64,000 nt of DNA. Source: an uncultured Chloroflexia bacterium (lineage in GTDB: Bacteria > Chloroflexota > Limnocylindria > Limnocylindrales > CSP1-4). The position numbers and the translations under genes were made by a program. Shown here in pieces: positions 22,840-31,077 of the stretch; the first letter of the stretch is position 1; each line of letters begins with the position of its first letter. The stretch spans positions 94,078 through 158,077 of the forward strand of contig CAWBGT010000016.1 of NCBI GenBank assembly GCA_963788375.1, given 5' to 3'. The notes beneath the pieces are model-generated. The model was not told the origin of the DNA and did no database searches. It saw only the letters and a list, made by a program, of their open reading frames with translations.

Positions 22840-23862
22840 CTAGACCTCGATATCCACGATTTTTCGGATGAACATGAAGCCCATGAACATCGAGAAGCCA
22901 CCCAGCATCAGGATGATCACGCCCGCTGGCAACCCGATGACGGTGAGCTTGTCGCTGAACATCGGCTCCATGAAGCCGGGCGCCGCGATGAACAGGAACC
23001 CGGCCAGGCCGATTGGCAGGAAGCCCACCACGTAGCCGGACATGCGCTGCTGGGCCGTCAGCGTCCGGATCTCGCCCTGGATGCGGACTCGCTCGCGGAT
23101 CGTGAACGCGATGGAGTCCAGGATCTCGGCCAGGTTGCCGCCGACGGTGTGCTGGATGGAGATGGCGGTGGCCATCAGCTCCAGGTCGTCGGACTTCACG
23201 CGCCTGACCATGTTCTCGAGGGCGACGTCGAACGAGAGGCCCAGGTTGACCTCGCGGATCACGCGCCCGAACTCGGTCGAGATCGGCGGCCGCGATTCGC
23301 GGACCACGAGCTCGATGGCCTGGAGGAACGAGGAACCGGCCCGCAGCGCGTTCGCGATCAGGGTGATCGTGTCCGGGAGCTGCTTGTTGAACGAGCCAAG
23401 GCGGCCGTTCTTGCGCCGGCCCAGCCAGAAGCGGGGGAGCATGAAGCCGATGAACCCGCCGACGAGCAGCAGGATCGGGTTGGCCAGGCTCGGCAACACG
23501 ACCGAGAGCCCGAGCATGGCCAGCGGGATGCCGACGGTCGTGCCCGCCCAGATCATCAGGTACTCACTCGGCTTGAGCTTGAGGTCCGCCCGGGCGATCT
23601 CCCGGGACAGGTTGGCCCCGAAGTCCCGCTGCTCCACCACCTTGTTGAGCTGCGTCAGTGCCTGGCTGCCCTGGAGGGCGGCGGCGAGGCCGCCTTCCGA
23701 GGAGGCGGTGGCAGCCGGGACGTCCGGCTTGGTCGAGGCATAGCGTTCCAGCCGGGCGTTGATCCCGGAACCTCCGCCGGACATCGCGATCCCCACCGCG
23801 ATCAGCAGGATCGCGAGTGCGGCGATGCCGGCGATGGCGATGGTCATCGTTGTCGAGTCCAC
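22840..23862 (-). CDS. tadB: Tad pilus assembly membrane protein TadB (T2SS-F domain)
   Basis: 340 aa T2SSF-domain membrane protein. Confidence 0.8.
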   Translation of the reverse strand: MDSTTMTIAIAGIAALAILLIAVGIAMSGGGSGINARLERYASTKPDVPAATASSEGGLAAALQGSQALTQLNKVVEQRDFGANLSREIARADLKLKPSEYLMIWAGTTVGIPLAMLGLSVVLPSLANPILLLVGGFIGFMLPRFWLGRRKNGRLGSFNKQLPDTITLIANALRAGSSFLQAIELVVRESRPPISTEFGRVIREVNLGLSFDVALENMVRRVKSDDLELMATAISIQHTVGGNLAEILDSIAFTIRERVRIQGEIRTLTAQQRMSGYVVGFLPIGLAGFLFIAAPGFMEPMFSDKLTVIGLPAGVIILMLGGFSMFMGFMFIRKIVDIEV

Positions 23863-23881
23863 GTGGCGTCTCCCCGGATCG

Positions 23882-25300
23882 CTAGTACGAGAAGCCGAAC
23901 AGGCCCGGCGGCAGGTGAATGCCCTGGACCTCGAACTTCTCGACGAACTTGGGCCGGATGCCGGTCGGCTTGAGGCGGCCCTGGATCTTGCCCTCGATGA
24001 CGCCCGTCTGCTCGAAGACGAACACGTCCTGCATCACGATCACGTCACCCTCCATGCCCTGGACCTCGGTGATGTTGGTGATGCGGCGGGTCCCGTCCTT
24101 GAGGCGTGACTGGTGGACGATGACGTCCACGGCGGACGCGATCTGCTCCCGGATGGCGCGGACCGGCAGGTCCACGCCGGCCATCAGGACCATGGTCTCG
24201 AGGCGGGAGAGCATGTCGCGGGGGCTGTTCGCGTGACCGGTGGACATCGAGCCGTCGTGGCCCGTGTTCATCGCCTGGAGCATGTCCAGCGCCTCGCCGG
24301 AACGACACTCGCCGACGATGATGCGGTCGGGCCGCATCCGCAGCGAGTTCCGGACGAGCTCGCGGATCGGGATCATGCCCTTGCCCTCGATGTTGGGCGG
24401 GCGGGACTCAAGCGTCACCACGTGCTCCTGTCGGAGCTGGAGCTCGGCGGCGTCCTCGATCGTCACGATGCGCTCGTCGTTCGGAATGAACGAGGACAGC
24501 ACGTTGAGCGTCGTGGTCTTGCCGGAGCCGGTGCCGCCGGAGACGAACACGTTCAGGCGCGCCTCTACGGCCGCCCGCAGGAACTCGAACATGTCCGGCG
24601 TCGCGGTCCCGAAGCGGATGAGGTCATCCACCGTGAACGGGCTGGCGGAGAACTTCCGGATGGTGATGACCGGGCCCACCAGGGACAGGGGCGGGATGAT
24701 TGCATTGACGCGGGAGCCATCGGTGAGGCGCGCATCCACCATCGGGGAGGACTCGTCCACGCGCCGGCCGATCGGGGCGATGATGCGATCGATGATGCGC
24801 ATCACGTGGTCGTCGTTCTGGAACACGACGTTCGTGAGCTCCAGGCGGCCGCTGCGCTCGATGTAGACCTGGCGCGGCCCGTTGACCATCACCTCGGAGA
24901 TGCTCTCGTCGCGGAGAAGAGGCTCCAGCGGGCCGAGGCCGATGATCTCATCGGTGATCTGCTCCAGCATCCGCACCCGCTCGGCGCGGGTGAGGGCGAG
25001 CCCCTCCTCGTCGATGACCTTGCCGAAGATCTCCTCGATCTGGCGTCGGACCTCGACCTGGTTGGACAGGTCCAGCTTCGGGTCCAGGTCCTGGATCACG
25101 CGGTTCTGCAGCCGGAACTTCACGTCCCGGAACGATTCGCGGACCGGAGCCTGGGTCATCAGCCTGCCGGTGGGAGCTGCGGCCGGCGGCTGGGCGCCAC
25201 CTCCCGAGCCGCCCGGTGCCGGGACCGGGACGTTGGACGACCCGCCGGGCGCCGCCTCGGCGCCGGGACGGGCGCTCTCGATGCGCTTCAGGAGACTCAT
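23882..25300 (-). CDS. tadA: Tad/Flp pilus secretion ATPase CpaF/TadA
   Basis: Walker A 'GGTGSGKTT', Asp box and His box of the VirB11/TadA secretion ATPase family. Confidence 0.9.
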   Translation of the reverse strand: MSLLKRIESARPGAEAAPGGSSNVPVPAPGGSGGGAQPPAAAPTGRLMTQAPVRESFRDVKFRLQNRVIQDLDPKLDLSNQVEVRRQIEEIFGKVIDEEGLALTRAERVRMLEQITDEIIGLGPLEPLLRDESISEVMVNGPRQVYIERSGRLELTNVVFQNDDHVMRIIDRIIAPIGRRVDESSPMVDARLTDGSRVNAIIPPLSLVGPVITIRKFSASPFTVDDLIRFGTATPDMFEFLRAAVEARLNVFVSGGTGSGKTTTLNVLSSFIPNDERIVTIEDAAELQLRQEHVVTLESRPPNIEGKGMIPIRELVRNSLRMRPDRIIVGECRSGEALDMLQAMNTGHDGSMSTGHANSPRDMLSRLETMVLMAGVDLPVRAIREQIASAVDVIVHQSRLKDGTRRITNITEVQGMEGDVIVMQDVFVFEQTGVIEGKIQGRLKPTGIRPKFVEKFEVQGIHLPPGLFGFSY

Positions 25301-25313
25301 TCGTCACACCTCG

Positions 25314-26582
25314 TCATCGCCATGCGAACAGCGACTTCTTCTGTGCACTCTTCTTGGCCGGGTCGCCGGTCTCGACGACACGGGTTCCCGCGACCGCCGT
25401 CGCCAGCCGCAGGATGTCCTGGGACACCTGGGCTTCGCGATTGGACAGGAAGAATGGCACGCCCCGGTTGAGTGCGTACACCACGCTCCGGCCATCGGAG
25501 ACGATGGTGTGGTCCACTCGCCGGCCGATCGAATGCTCGACGTCCGCGACGCGGATGCCCAGCGAGGAGTCGGCGCGGTTGAGCACGAGCCGGATCTTGT
25601 CCGACGCGTAGCCCAGCTGGTCCGCCACCTCCAGGAAGAGGCGGATGTTCTTGATCGACGTGATCTCGAGCGACAGCATCGTGAGGACGGTGTCGGCGAT
25701 GTCGAGGATGGCGAGCGTGGTGTCGTTGAAGGACGACATGCAGTCCACGATCACCAGGTCATGTTCGGCGCGGAGCGCCTCCAGCATGTGCTTGGCGCCG
25801 AGCGGCGTGATCAGCTCTGCCATCTCGGGAGATGGGGGAGCCAGGAGCACGCGGATCCCCGCGGAATGGCTGATAAGGAAGTTGTGGATGGACTCGGGCT
25901 CACCGGCGTCGAGCTCCGGGATGAGGTCCGCGATGGACTTGTTCTTGGGGTTGAGGTTGAGCAGGACGCCGACGTCGCCGAACTGGAACGAGGCATCCAC
26001 CAGGCAGGTTCGCTGGCCGAGCTCGGTGGCCGCGGCGACGGCGAGGTTGACGGCCAGCGTGGTGCGTCCCACGCCGCCCTTGGGCCCGAACACCGCGATG
26101 ACCCGGCCGGGCTCGACGTCGTCCCGGGAGGCTGCCGGTGGTTTCGCGCCCGCCGCGGTTCCGTTGCCCGGTGCGGGCTGGACCGCGATCCGGGACAGCT
26201 TGTCCTGCTCACGCTTGTAGACCTGGCGGATCGAGGAGGTCAGCTCGTCGCTGGAGAACGGCTTGACCAGGAACTCACGAGCGCCCGCCAGCATGGACCG
26301 GCGGAGATAGTCCGCCTCGCCCTGCACGGACATCATGACGACCGCGGTGCTCGGGACCTCGGCGGCCATGCGTTCGGTGGCGGCGATCCCGTCCATGTCC
26401 GGCATGTTGATGTCCATGAGCGCCACGTCCGGCCGGAGCCGGGCGGCCATCTCGAGGGCTTCGCGTCCGGACGCCGCCGCACCGACGACCTCGAAATCAG
26501 CCTCGAAGCCAAGCAGCTTCGCGAGGTGATCTCGGGTCTCCGGGATGTCGTCGACGATGAGGACGCGGATCTGGTCTGCCAT
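25314..26582 (-). CDS. cpaE: CpaE/TadZ: response-regulator receiver domain fused to a MinD/ParA-like ATPase
   Basis: N-terminal REC ('VLIVDDIPETRDHL…MDINMPDMDG') plus a deviant Walker A 'GPKGGVGRTT'. Confidence 0.85.
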   Translation of the reverse strand: MADQIRVLIVDDIPETRDHLAKLLGFEADFEVVGAAASGREALEMAARLRPDVALMDINMPDMDGIAATERMAAEVPSTAVVMMSVQGEADYLRRSMLAGAREFLVKPFSSDELTSSIRQVYKREQDKLSRIAVQPAPGNGTAAGAKPPAASRDDVEPGRVIAVFGPKGGVGRTTLAVNLAVAAATELGQRTCLVDASFQFGDVGVLLNLNPKNKSIADLIPELDAGEPESIHNFLISHSAGIRVLLAPPSPEMAELITPLGAKHMLEALRAEHDLVIVDCMSSFNDTTLAILDIADTVLTMLSLEITSIKNIRLFLEVADQLGYASDKIRLVLNRADSSLGIRVADVEHSIGRRVDHTIVSDGRSVVYALNRGVPFFLSNREAQVSQDILRLATAVAGTRVVETGDPAKKSAQKKSLFAWR

Positions 26583-26715
26583 GTCCTGGTGGATTGACCT
26601 CAGGAGTCTCTGGGTGGGCGCGGTGGTGGTTCGCTTGCGGCCCGGATGCCGGGGTCGCGGATCGGCCGGCTGGTGACCGGCCGATCACGCGGTTCCGCTC
26701 GGGGGAGCGCCGGTG

Positions 26716-27654
26716 CTAGGGCTTGGGTGTCGCCACCGAACCGGGCAGCGGCGTGGGCTGGATCACCTGGACGACGGTCGGCGGGATGACCCCGCGGTCG
26801 TCGACGAGGCGGCGCAGCGTGATCCCGGTGGTCGCCACGACCGGGCAGTAGGTGATGCCGTCGAGGGGCTTGGTCGTGCAGTCCGCGGCGGAGCGCAGCA
26901 CCAGCGAGATGTCGCCGTCGATCTGGCTGAACTTGATGACTTCGGCGTCCTGCGTGGGCACAGCCAGGATGACGATCTGCTGCTGGCCGTTGAGGGTCGT
27001 CGTGGTCCCGTCCGGTGCCGTGCTCGGTGCGGGTTCGGTGGTCTGCGGCGGCTCAGGCAGCAGTGTCCCGAGGACCTGGAGGCCCTGGGCGAGGACCTTG
27101 ACCGTCGTGTGGTTGTACGTCTCGGCCGGGTACAGCTCGTAGGTGCCCGCGTCCTTGGTCGAGCCCGGGCCCGGGATCACGAGCGGCACCTTCTCGGCGG
27201 TGGTGAAGCCGCTGACGAGGTCCACGAAGTCGCCGGGCTTGATGATCGTGCCCACGCCGGTGACCTGGTCAACCTGGACGCTCATGGCCACGTAGCCGGC
27301 CGGTGTCTCGATGTTCTGGATCGCCCCGCTGGCATTGAGCACGGAGCTGGTGATCAGCTGGCCCTGCGTCACGCTGGACCGGGCGACCTGCCCGATCACC
27401 AGGGACGTGTCGTTGTAGGAGTCGATCGGCTCCTCGCCGACCGTGAAGTCCTTCGTGGACAGGTCGGACTGCTGGATGGTGGCACCCAGGTCGATGCTCT
27501 TGGCGGCGACCACCACCTTGGTGGTGGTCGGCGCAGCCGACGGCCGGTTGTCACCGACACCGCCTCCATTGCCCAGCATCATGACGATGAGAATGAACGC
27601 GACGAGTGCGAGAAAGATCCCGATGAGCAGGACCAGTCGATTCGAGCGCTTCAA
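26716..27654 (-). CDS. cpaB: Flp pilus assembly protein CpaB/RcpC (SAF domain)
   Basis: An N-terminal TM anchor then SAF and RcpC beta-rich domains. Confidence 0.8.
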   Translation of the reverse strand: MKRSNRLVLLIGIFLALVAFILIVMMLGNGGGVGDNRPSAAPTTTKVVVAAKSIDLGATIQQSDLSTKDFTVGEEPIDSYNDTSLVIGQVARSSVTQGQLITSSVLNASGAIQNIETPAGYVAMSVQVDQVTGVGTIIKPGDFVDLVSGFTTAEKVPLVIPGPGSTKDAGTYELYPAETYNHTTVKVLAQGLQVLGTLLPEPPQTTEPAPSTAPDGTTTTLNGQQQIVILAVPTQDAEVIKFSQIDGDISLVLRSAADCTTKPLDGITYCPVVATTGITLRRLVDDRGVIPPTVVQVIQPTPLPGSVATPKP

Positions 27655-27874
27655 AGAATGTCTCCCCGAGTCGTAGTGACAAGTGGCACCACTCTAGCAC
27701 CGCGATTCCAGCCCGCGACTAGCCAAAAGGGCTAGGACCGTTGGGAGGATTTGGGCAGATGCTCCGTTCGCCGCAAGGTGGACTGCAAGGCCGAGTGATT
27801 GCGGCATTGTGACACCCCCCAGCCGCGACGGGAAGCACCAAAGCGGAGTCGAGAACGGTGGAGCCGAGAAGCGG

Positions 27875-27903
27875 ACGACCCGCCGGAGGCGCCGGCGGGT
27901 CGT
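27875..27903 (-). terminator. GC-rich hairpin (12-bp perfect stem, 5-nt loop) immediately 3' of flp1
   Basis: acgacccgccgg-aggcg-ccggcgggtcgt, with no U-tract. Confidence 0.6.
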
Positions 27904-27928
27904 GTCCGAATGAGATCGATGCGATCAG

Positions 27929-28108
27929 CTAGACAGCGTTGCCGATGATTACCATCTTGTCGTTGACCTGGGTGCCCAGGTAGAGCAGGGCCAGGATCGA
28001 GACGACTGCGATAAGCGCGAGGATGAGTGCATATTCGGCGAGCCCCTGGCCGTCCTCATCGTCATGTGACGCGAGCAACGAGGCCAGGACAAGCAGCTTC
28101 GTGAGCAC
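27929..28108 (-). CDS. flp: Flp-family type IVb pilin (copy 1)
   Basis: 59 aa 'VLTKLLVLASLLASHDDEDGQGLAEYALILALIAVVSILALL…' with the Flp G/xxxxEY processing motif. GTG start with RBS ggaggtgg. Confidence 0.85.
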   Translation of the reverse strand: MLTKLLVLASLLASHDDEDGQGLAEYALILALIAVVSILALLYLGTQVNDKMVIIGNAV

Positions 28109-28286
28109 GACTGCCACCACCTCCCTTCGGGGCTGGATGCCCCGTTCCGGATCCTGCGGCCGAGTGCGACCTGCGGCATTCCGCAGGTCGACCAAGGCGT
28201 CTCTCACGGTACCGATCGTCTTCAACGGGTCAACCGGCCGATGGTCACCCCACGGGGTCAACCCTGATCGGCGCCGGAAACAGCGC

Positions 28287-28319
28287 CGCCGGCTGCAAGG
28301 TCGGTGACCGCAGCCGGCG
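28287..28319 (-). terminator. Hairpin (10-bp stem, 13-nt loop) 3' of flp2
   Basis: cgccggctgc…gcagccggcg inverted repeat. Confidence 0.5.
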
Positions 28320-28338
28320 ACGAGATTGTGGGCGGGGA

Positions 28339-28509
28339 CTAGATGGACGTGCCGACCTGGTTCAGGATGGTCGAGACCTGGCCGCCCAGGAAGAGCAGGG
28401 CCACGATGGCCACGATGGCGATGAGCGCGAGGATCAGCGCGTACTCGGCGAGACCCTGGCCCTCCTCGTCGTTCGAAATGCGGGCGATAAGTGCGTTGAT
28501 AACGGACAT
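28339..28509 (-). CDS. flp: Flp-family type IVb pilin (copy 2)
   Basis: 56 aa 'MSVINALIARISNDEEGQGLAEYALILALIAIVAIVALLFLGGQ…'. RBS aaggagg. Confidence 0.85.
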   Translation of the reverse strand: MSVINALIARISNDEEGQGLAEYALILALIAIVAIVALLFLGGQVSTILNQVGTSI

Positions 28510-28648
28510 TGTGAGGGGTACCTCCTTTCCTTCGAGAGTCCGCGGATATCCCGCGGCGGATCTGACGTTATTCGGGAGGCGGGCAAGTGTCAATTGGCCC
28601 TAACTGCACTCTGGTGCCGAGCGGCACCAGGAATGGCGGGTGACGCAG

Positions 28649-28677
28649 CGAGGCCGCCGGACGAGCCGGCGGCCTCG
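28649..28677 (-). terminator. Hairpin (12-bp stem, 5-nt loop) 3' of flp3
   Basis: cgaggccgccgg-acgag-ccggcggcctcg. Confidence 0.6.
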
Positions 28678-28699
28678 GGTGCGCTTGGAACGGTGCGGA

Positions 28700-28870
28700 C
28701 TAGATGGACGTGCCGACCGTGTTCAGGATGGCGGACACCTGGCCGCCCAGGAACAGCAGGGCCACGATGGCCACGATGGCGATGAGCGCGAGGATCAGCG
28801 CGTACTCGGCGAGACCCTGGCCCTCCTCGTCGTTCGAGAGGCGGGCGATGAGTGCGTTGACAAGGGCCAT
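28700..28870 (-). CDS. flp: Flp-family type IVb pilin (copy 3, near-identical to copy 2)
   Basis: 56 aa 'MALVNALIARLSNDEEGQGLAEYALILALIAIVAIVALLFLGGQVSAILNTVGTSI'. RBS ggggaggt. Below the ORF-track size cut-off, but the antisense ORF at 28704..28931 betrays it. Confidence 0.8.
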   Translation of the reverse strand: MALVNALIARLSNDEEGQGLAEYALILALIAIVAIVALLFLGGQVSAILNTVGTSI

Positions 28871-28992
28871 TGAGACCTCCCCAGATGAGAGCGTGATGCC
28901 CAGACAAACCGTGGGCTGCCTCGAACCGTAGTCGGTCGCCGTGTCATCGCCAATGGGACGATCGTCCTGTCGCGGGCCGGATCTCGGCGGCG

Positions 28993-29157
28993 TCAGCGGC
29001 CGCCGTGTGCGGCGTCCACCAGGACGCCGATCAGCTCCGCCAGCGTGCCCCCGAAGAAGACGACGATCACGGCTGCCAGCAGCACGGCGCTGCCCAGGAC
29101 CAGGGACGTCTCCAGGATGCCCGGGCCGGGGTCCGCGGCGCCCCGCCGGTCGATCAC
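28993..29157 (-). CDS. Candidate 54-aa single-pass membrane protein, translationally coupled (GTGA) to the upstream sensor kinase
   Basis: GTG start overlaps the kinase stop. High GC3 codon usage in this frame. Hydrophobic core 'LVLGSAVLLAAVIVVFFGG'. Below the ORF-track threshold. Confidence 0.4.
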   Translation of the reverse strand: MIDRRGAADPGPGILETSLVLGSAVLLAAVIVVFFGGTLAELIGVLVDAAHGGR

Positions 29158-30308
29158 GCCTGCTCCCCGTTCACCTCGGCCGCGACGGGAAGGGGGATAA
29201 CCAGGCGCAGCTCGCCGCCGCCCGCCAGGATCTCCAGGCGGCCGCCGATTGACGCCGCCCGTTCCTCCGCATCCCGCAGGGCGGCCTGGGGCAGGACCAC
29301 GATCGCCGCCTGCTCGGCCGCCTCGAGGGCCGCGTTGCGGTCGTCGTGCCGGTCCTGGATCATCTGCTTGATGGCGTCGGGTACGTCACCCGTCGGCACG
29401 TCCGGCAGGGCATCGCCGGACGAGCCCGCCGCATCTCGGCCGGCCACCAGGCGGGCCTCGAGCTCGTCGGCCCAGTCAAGTCGCAGGAGCACACGCTCCG
29501 CACCCAGCCCGAGATAGACCGCGAGCGCACCGTCGAGCGTCCGGAAGATGGCGCTCTCCACGTCTACCGCGAGCCGCTGGTCGGTTCCCAGCGACTCGAA
29601 CTCCACCTGGACGTGCGCGCGGCGGCCGCGCTCGCGGGCGGCGCGCCGGAGCGTGGGCACCAGGCCCAGGTCATCAAGCACCATCGGCCGCACGTCGAAG
29701 ATGAAGCTCTTGGTGGCCTCGAGCGTCTGCTGGACCATGGATACCAGCTGCCGCATCTCGCCCCTGGACTGCTCCGGGGCCCGTTCCAGGAGGCGCTCCA
29801 CGATCTCGGCCTGGAGCACGATGTTGGTCAGGGACTGCGCCGGTCCATCGTGCATGGCCCGGGCGATCTCCCGGCGCAGGTCCTCCTGGGCGCTGAGGAC
29901 CACGCGGGACAGGGACGGCCGCAGTGCCGCATCCTCGGCCGGGTCCGGCGTCGCTTCCATCGCGGCATCCATCCGCCCGACGAGATCCTCGAGAGCCGTC
30001 CGGTGACGAGCCAGCGCCTTGCGCTTGCCCTCCAGGACGTCCACCTGGGCCTCCATCAGCACCGCGCGCCTGGTCAGGGTCACCAGCGCTGCGTAGGCTG
30101 CCGCAGTCTCCGGGGCATCGGCGGGCTTGGCCTGCTTGTCCAGCCGATCCGCCGCCTGTGCGCGCTTCTGCTCATGGCGCACCGCCTCCGCGCGGGCCTG
30201 GCCGCCGAGCATCTCGATCTCAGCGAGCTCACTCCCCAGCGCCGCGATCTCGTTGCGTACCTCGGCCGCGAGCAGGGCCTGGGGGCTTGTCGGGCTGCCG
30301 CCGGTCAT
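29154..30308 (-). CDS. Cytoplasmic DegS-like sensor histidine kinase (HisKA_3 plus HATPase_c), copy 1
   Basis: H-box 'EIARAMHDGPAQSLTNIVL', N/G boxes present, no TM segment, N-terminal coiled coil. Confidence 0.8.
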   Translation of the reverse strand: MTGGSPTSPQALLAAEVRNEIAALGSELAEIEMLGGQARAEAVRHEQKRAQAADRLDKQAKPADAPETAAAYAALVTLTRRAVLMEAQVDVLEGKRKALARHRTALEDLVGRMDAAMEATPDPAEDAALRPSLSRVVLSAQEDLRREIARAMHDGPAQSLTNIVLQAEIVERLLERAPEQSRGEMRQLVSMVQQTLEATKSFIFDVRPMVLDDLGLVPTLRRAARERGRRAHVQVEFESLGTDQRLAVDVESAIFRTLDGALAVYLGLGAERVLLRLDWADELEARLVAGRDAAGSSGDALPDVPTGDVPDAIKQMIQDRHDDRNAALEAAEQAAIVVLPQAALRDAEERAASIGGRLEILAGGGELRLVIPLPVAAEVNGEQA

Positions 30309-30339
30309 GATGCGCGGATGGTCCCCGGGGGAGGGGACC

Positions 30340-31077
30340 TCAATCGTCCGGCATCCGGATCCAGCCCTGGCGCATTGCGTACACCACGGCCTGGGTCCGG
30401 TCGTTCACCGCAAGCTTGCGGAGGATGGAGCTCATGTGGTTCTTGACCGTCTGCTCGCTGATCGACAGCGCGTAGGCGACCTGTTTGTTGGTCATCCCCT
30501 GGGCGATGTTGTCCAGGATCTCCACCTCGCGCGGTGACAGGGGCGCGAAGACGGGCGCCGCCTCCTGGCCGTAGACGGCCAGCTCGCGGAATTCCTTGAG
30601 CACGCGGGAGGCAACGGCAGGCTTGCTGAACACCTTGTCGTTGATCAGGTACTCGCCGGCCACGACGCGCCGGATGATCATGACCAGGTCCTCGGGCGCG
30701 ATGTCCTTGAGGATGAACGCGGCCGCGCCGGCCTTGATGGCCTCGAACAGCGCGTCCTCGTCCTCGTCGTGGGACAGCACCACGATGGCCGTCGCCGGGA
30801 GCTCGCGCTTGACCCGCTGCGTTGTCTCGATGCCGCCGGGCGCCGGCAGCGAGAGATCCATCAGGATCACGTCCGGGTTGGTGGCGAAGGCGGCATCCAT
30901 CGCGGATCGCGGGTCGTCCGCCTCTGCGACGACCTCCAGGTCCGGTTCCTGCTGAAGAATCCCGCGAATGCCCGCCCGGAACAGGGCGTGATCGTCCACG
31001 ATCACGATCCTGACCCGTTCGAATGACTCGGTTCGCCTGTCGCCCCGGCGACGCTCCGACCCCTGGTACTCCGTCAT
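30340..31077 (-). CDS. NarL/LuxR-family response regulator (REC plus HTH_LuxR)
   Basis: 'IVIVDDHALFRAGI…VILMDLSLP' receiver and 'LSPREVEILDNIAQGMTNKQVAYALSISEQTVKNH' HTH. ATGA overlap with the upstream kinase. Confidence 0.85.
   Translation of the reverse strand: MTEYQGSERRRGDRRTESFERVRIVIVDDHALFRAGIRGILQQEPDLEVVAEADDPRSAMDAAFATNPDVILMDLSLPAPGGIETTQRVKRELPATAIVVLSHDEDEDALFEAIKAGAAAFILKDIAPEDLVMIIRRVVAGEYLINDKVFSKPAVASRVLKEFRELAVYGQEAAPVFAPLSPREVEILDNIAQGMTNKQVAYALSISEQTVKNHMSSILRKLAVNDRTQAVVYAMRQGWIRMPDD

Noticed and set aside
28343-28931. Plus-strand ORFs 28343..28603 and 28704..28931 (MDVPTWFRM…), and minus-strand ORF 28590..28907
   Set aside because: They are antisense to, or out of frame with, the short Flp pilin genes. 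The pilin frames carry an RBS, the Flp motif and high GC3. These ORFs are GC-driven shadows.
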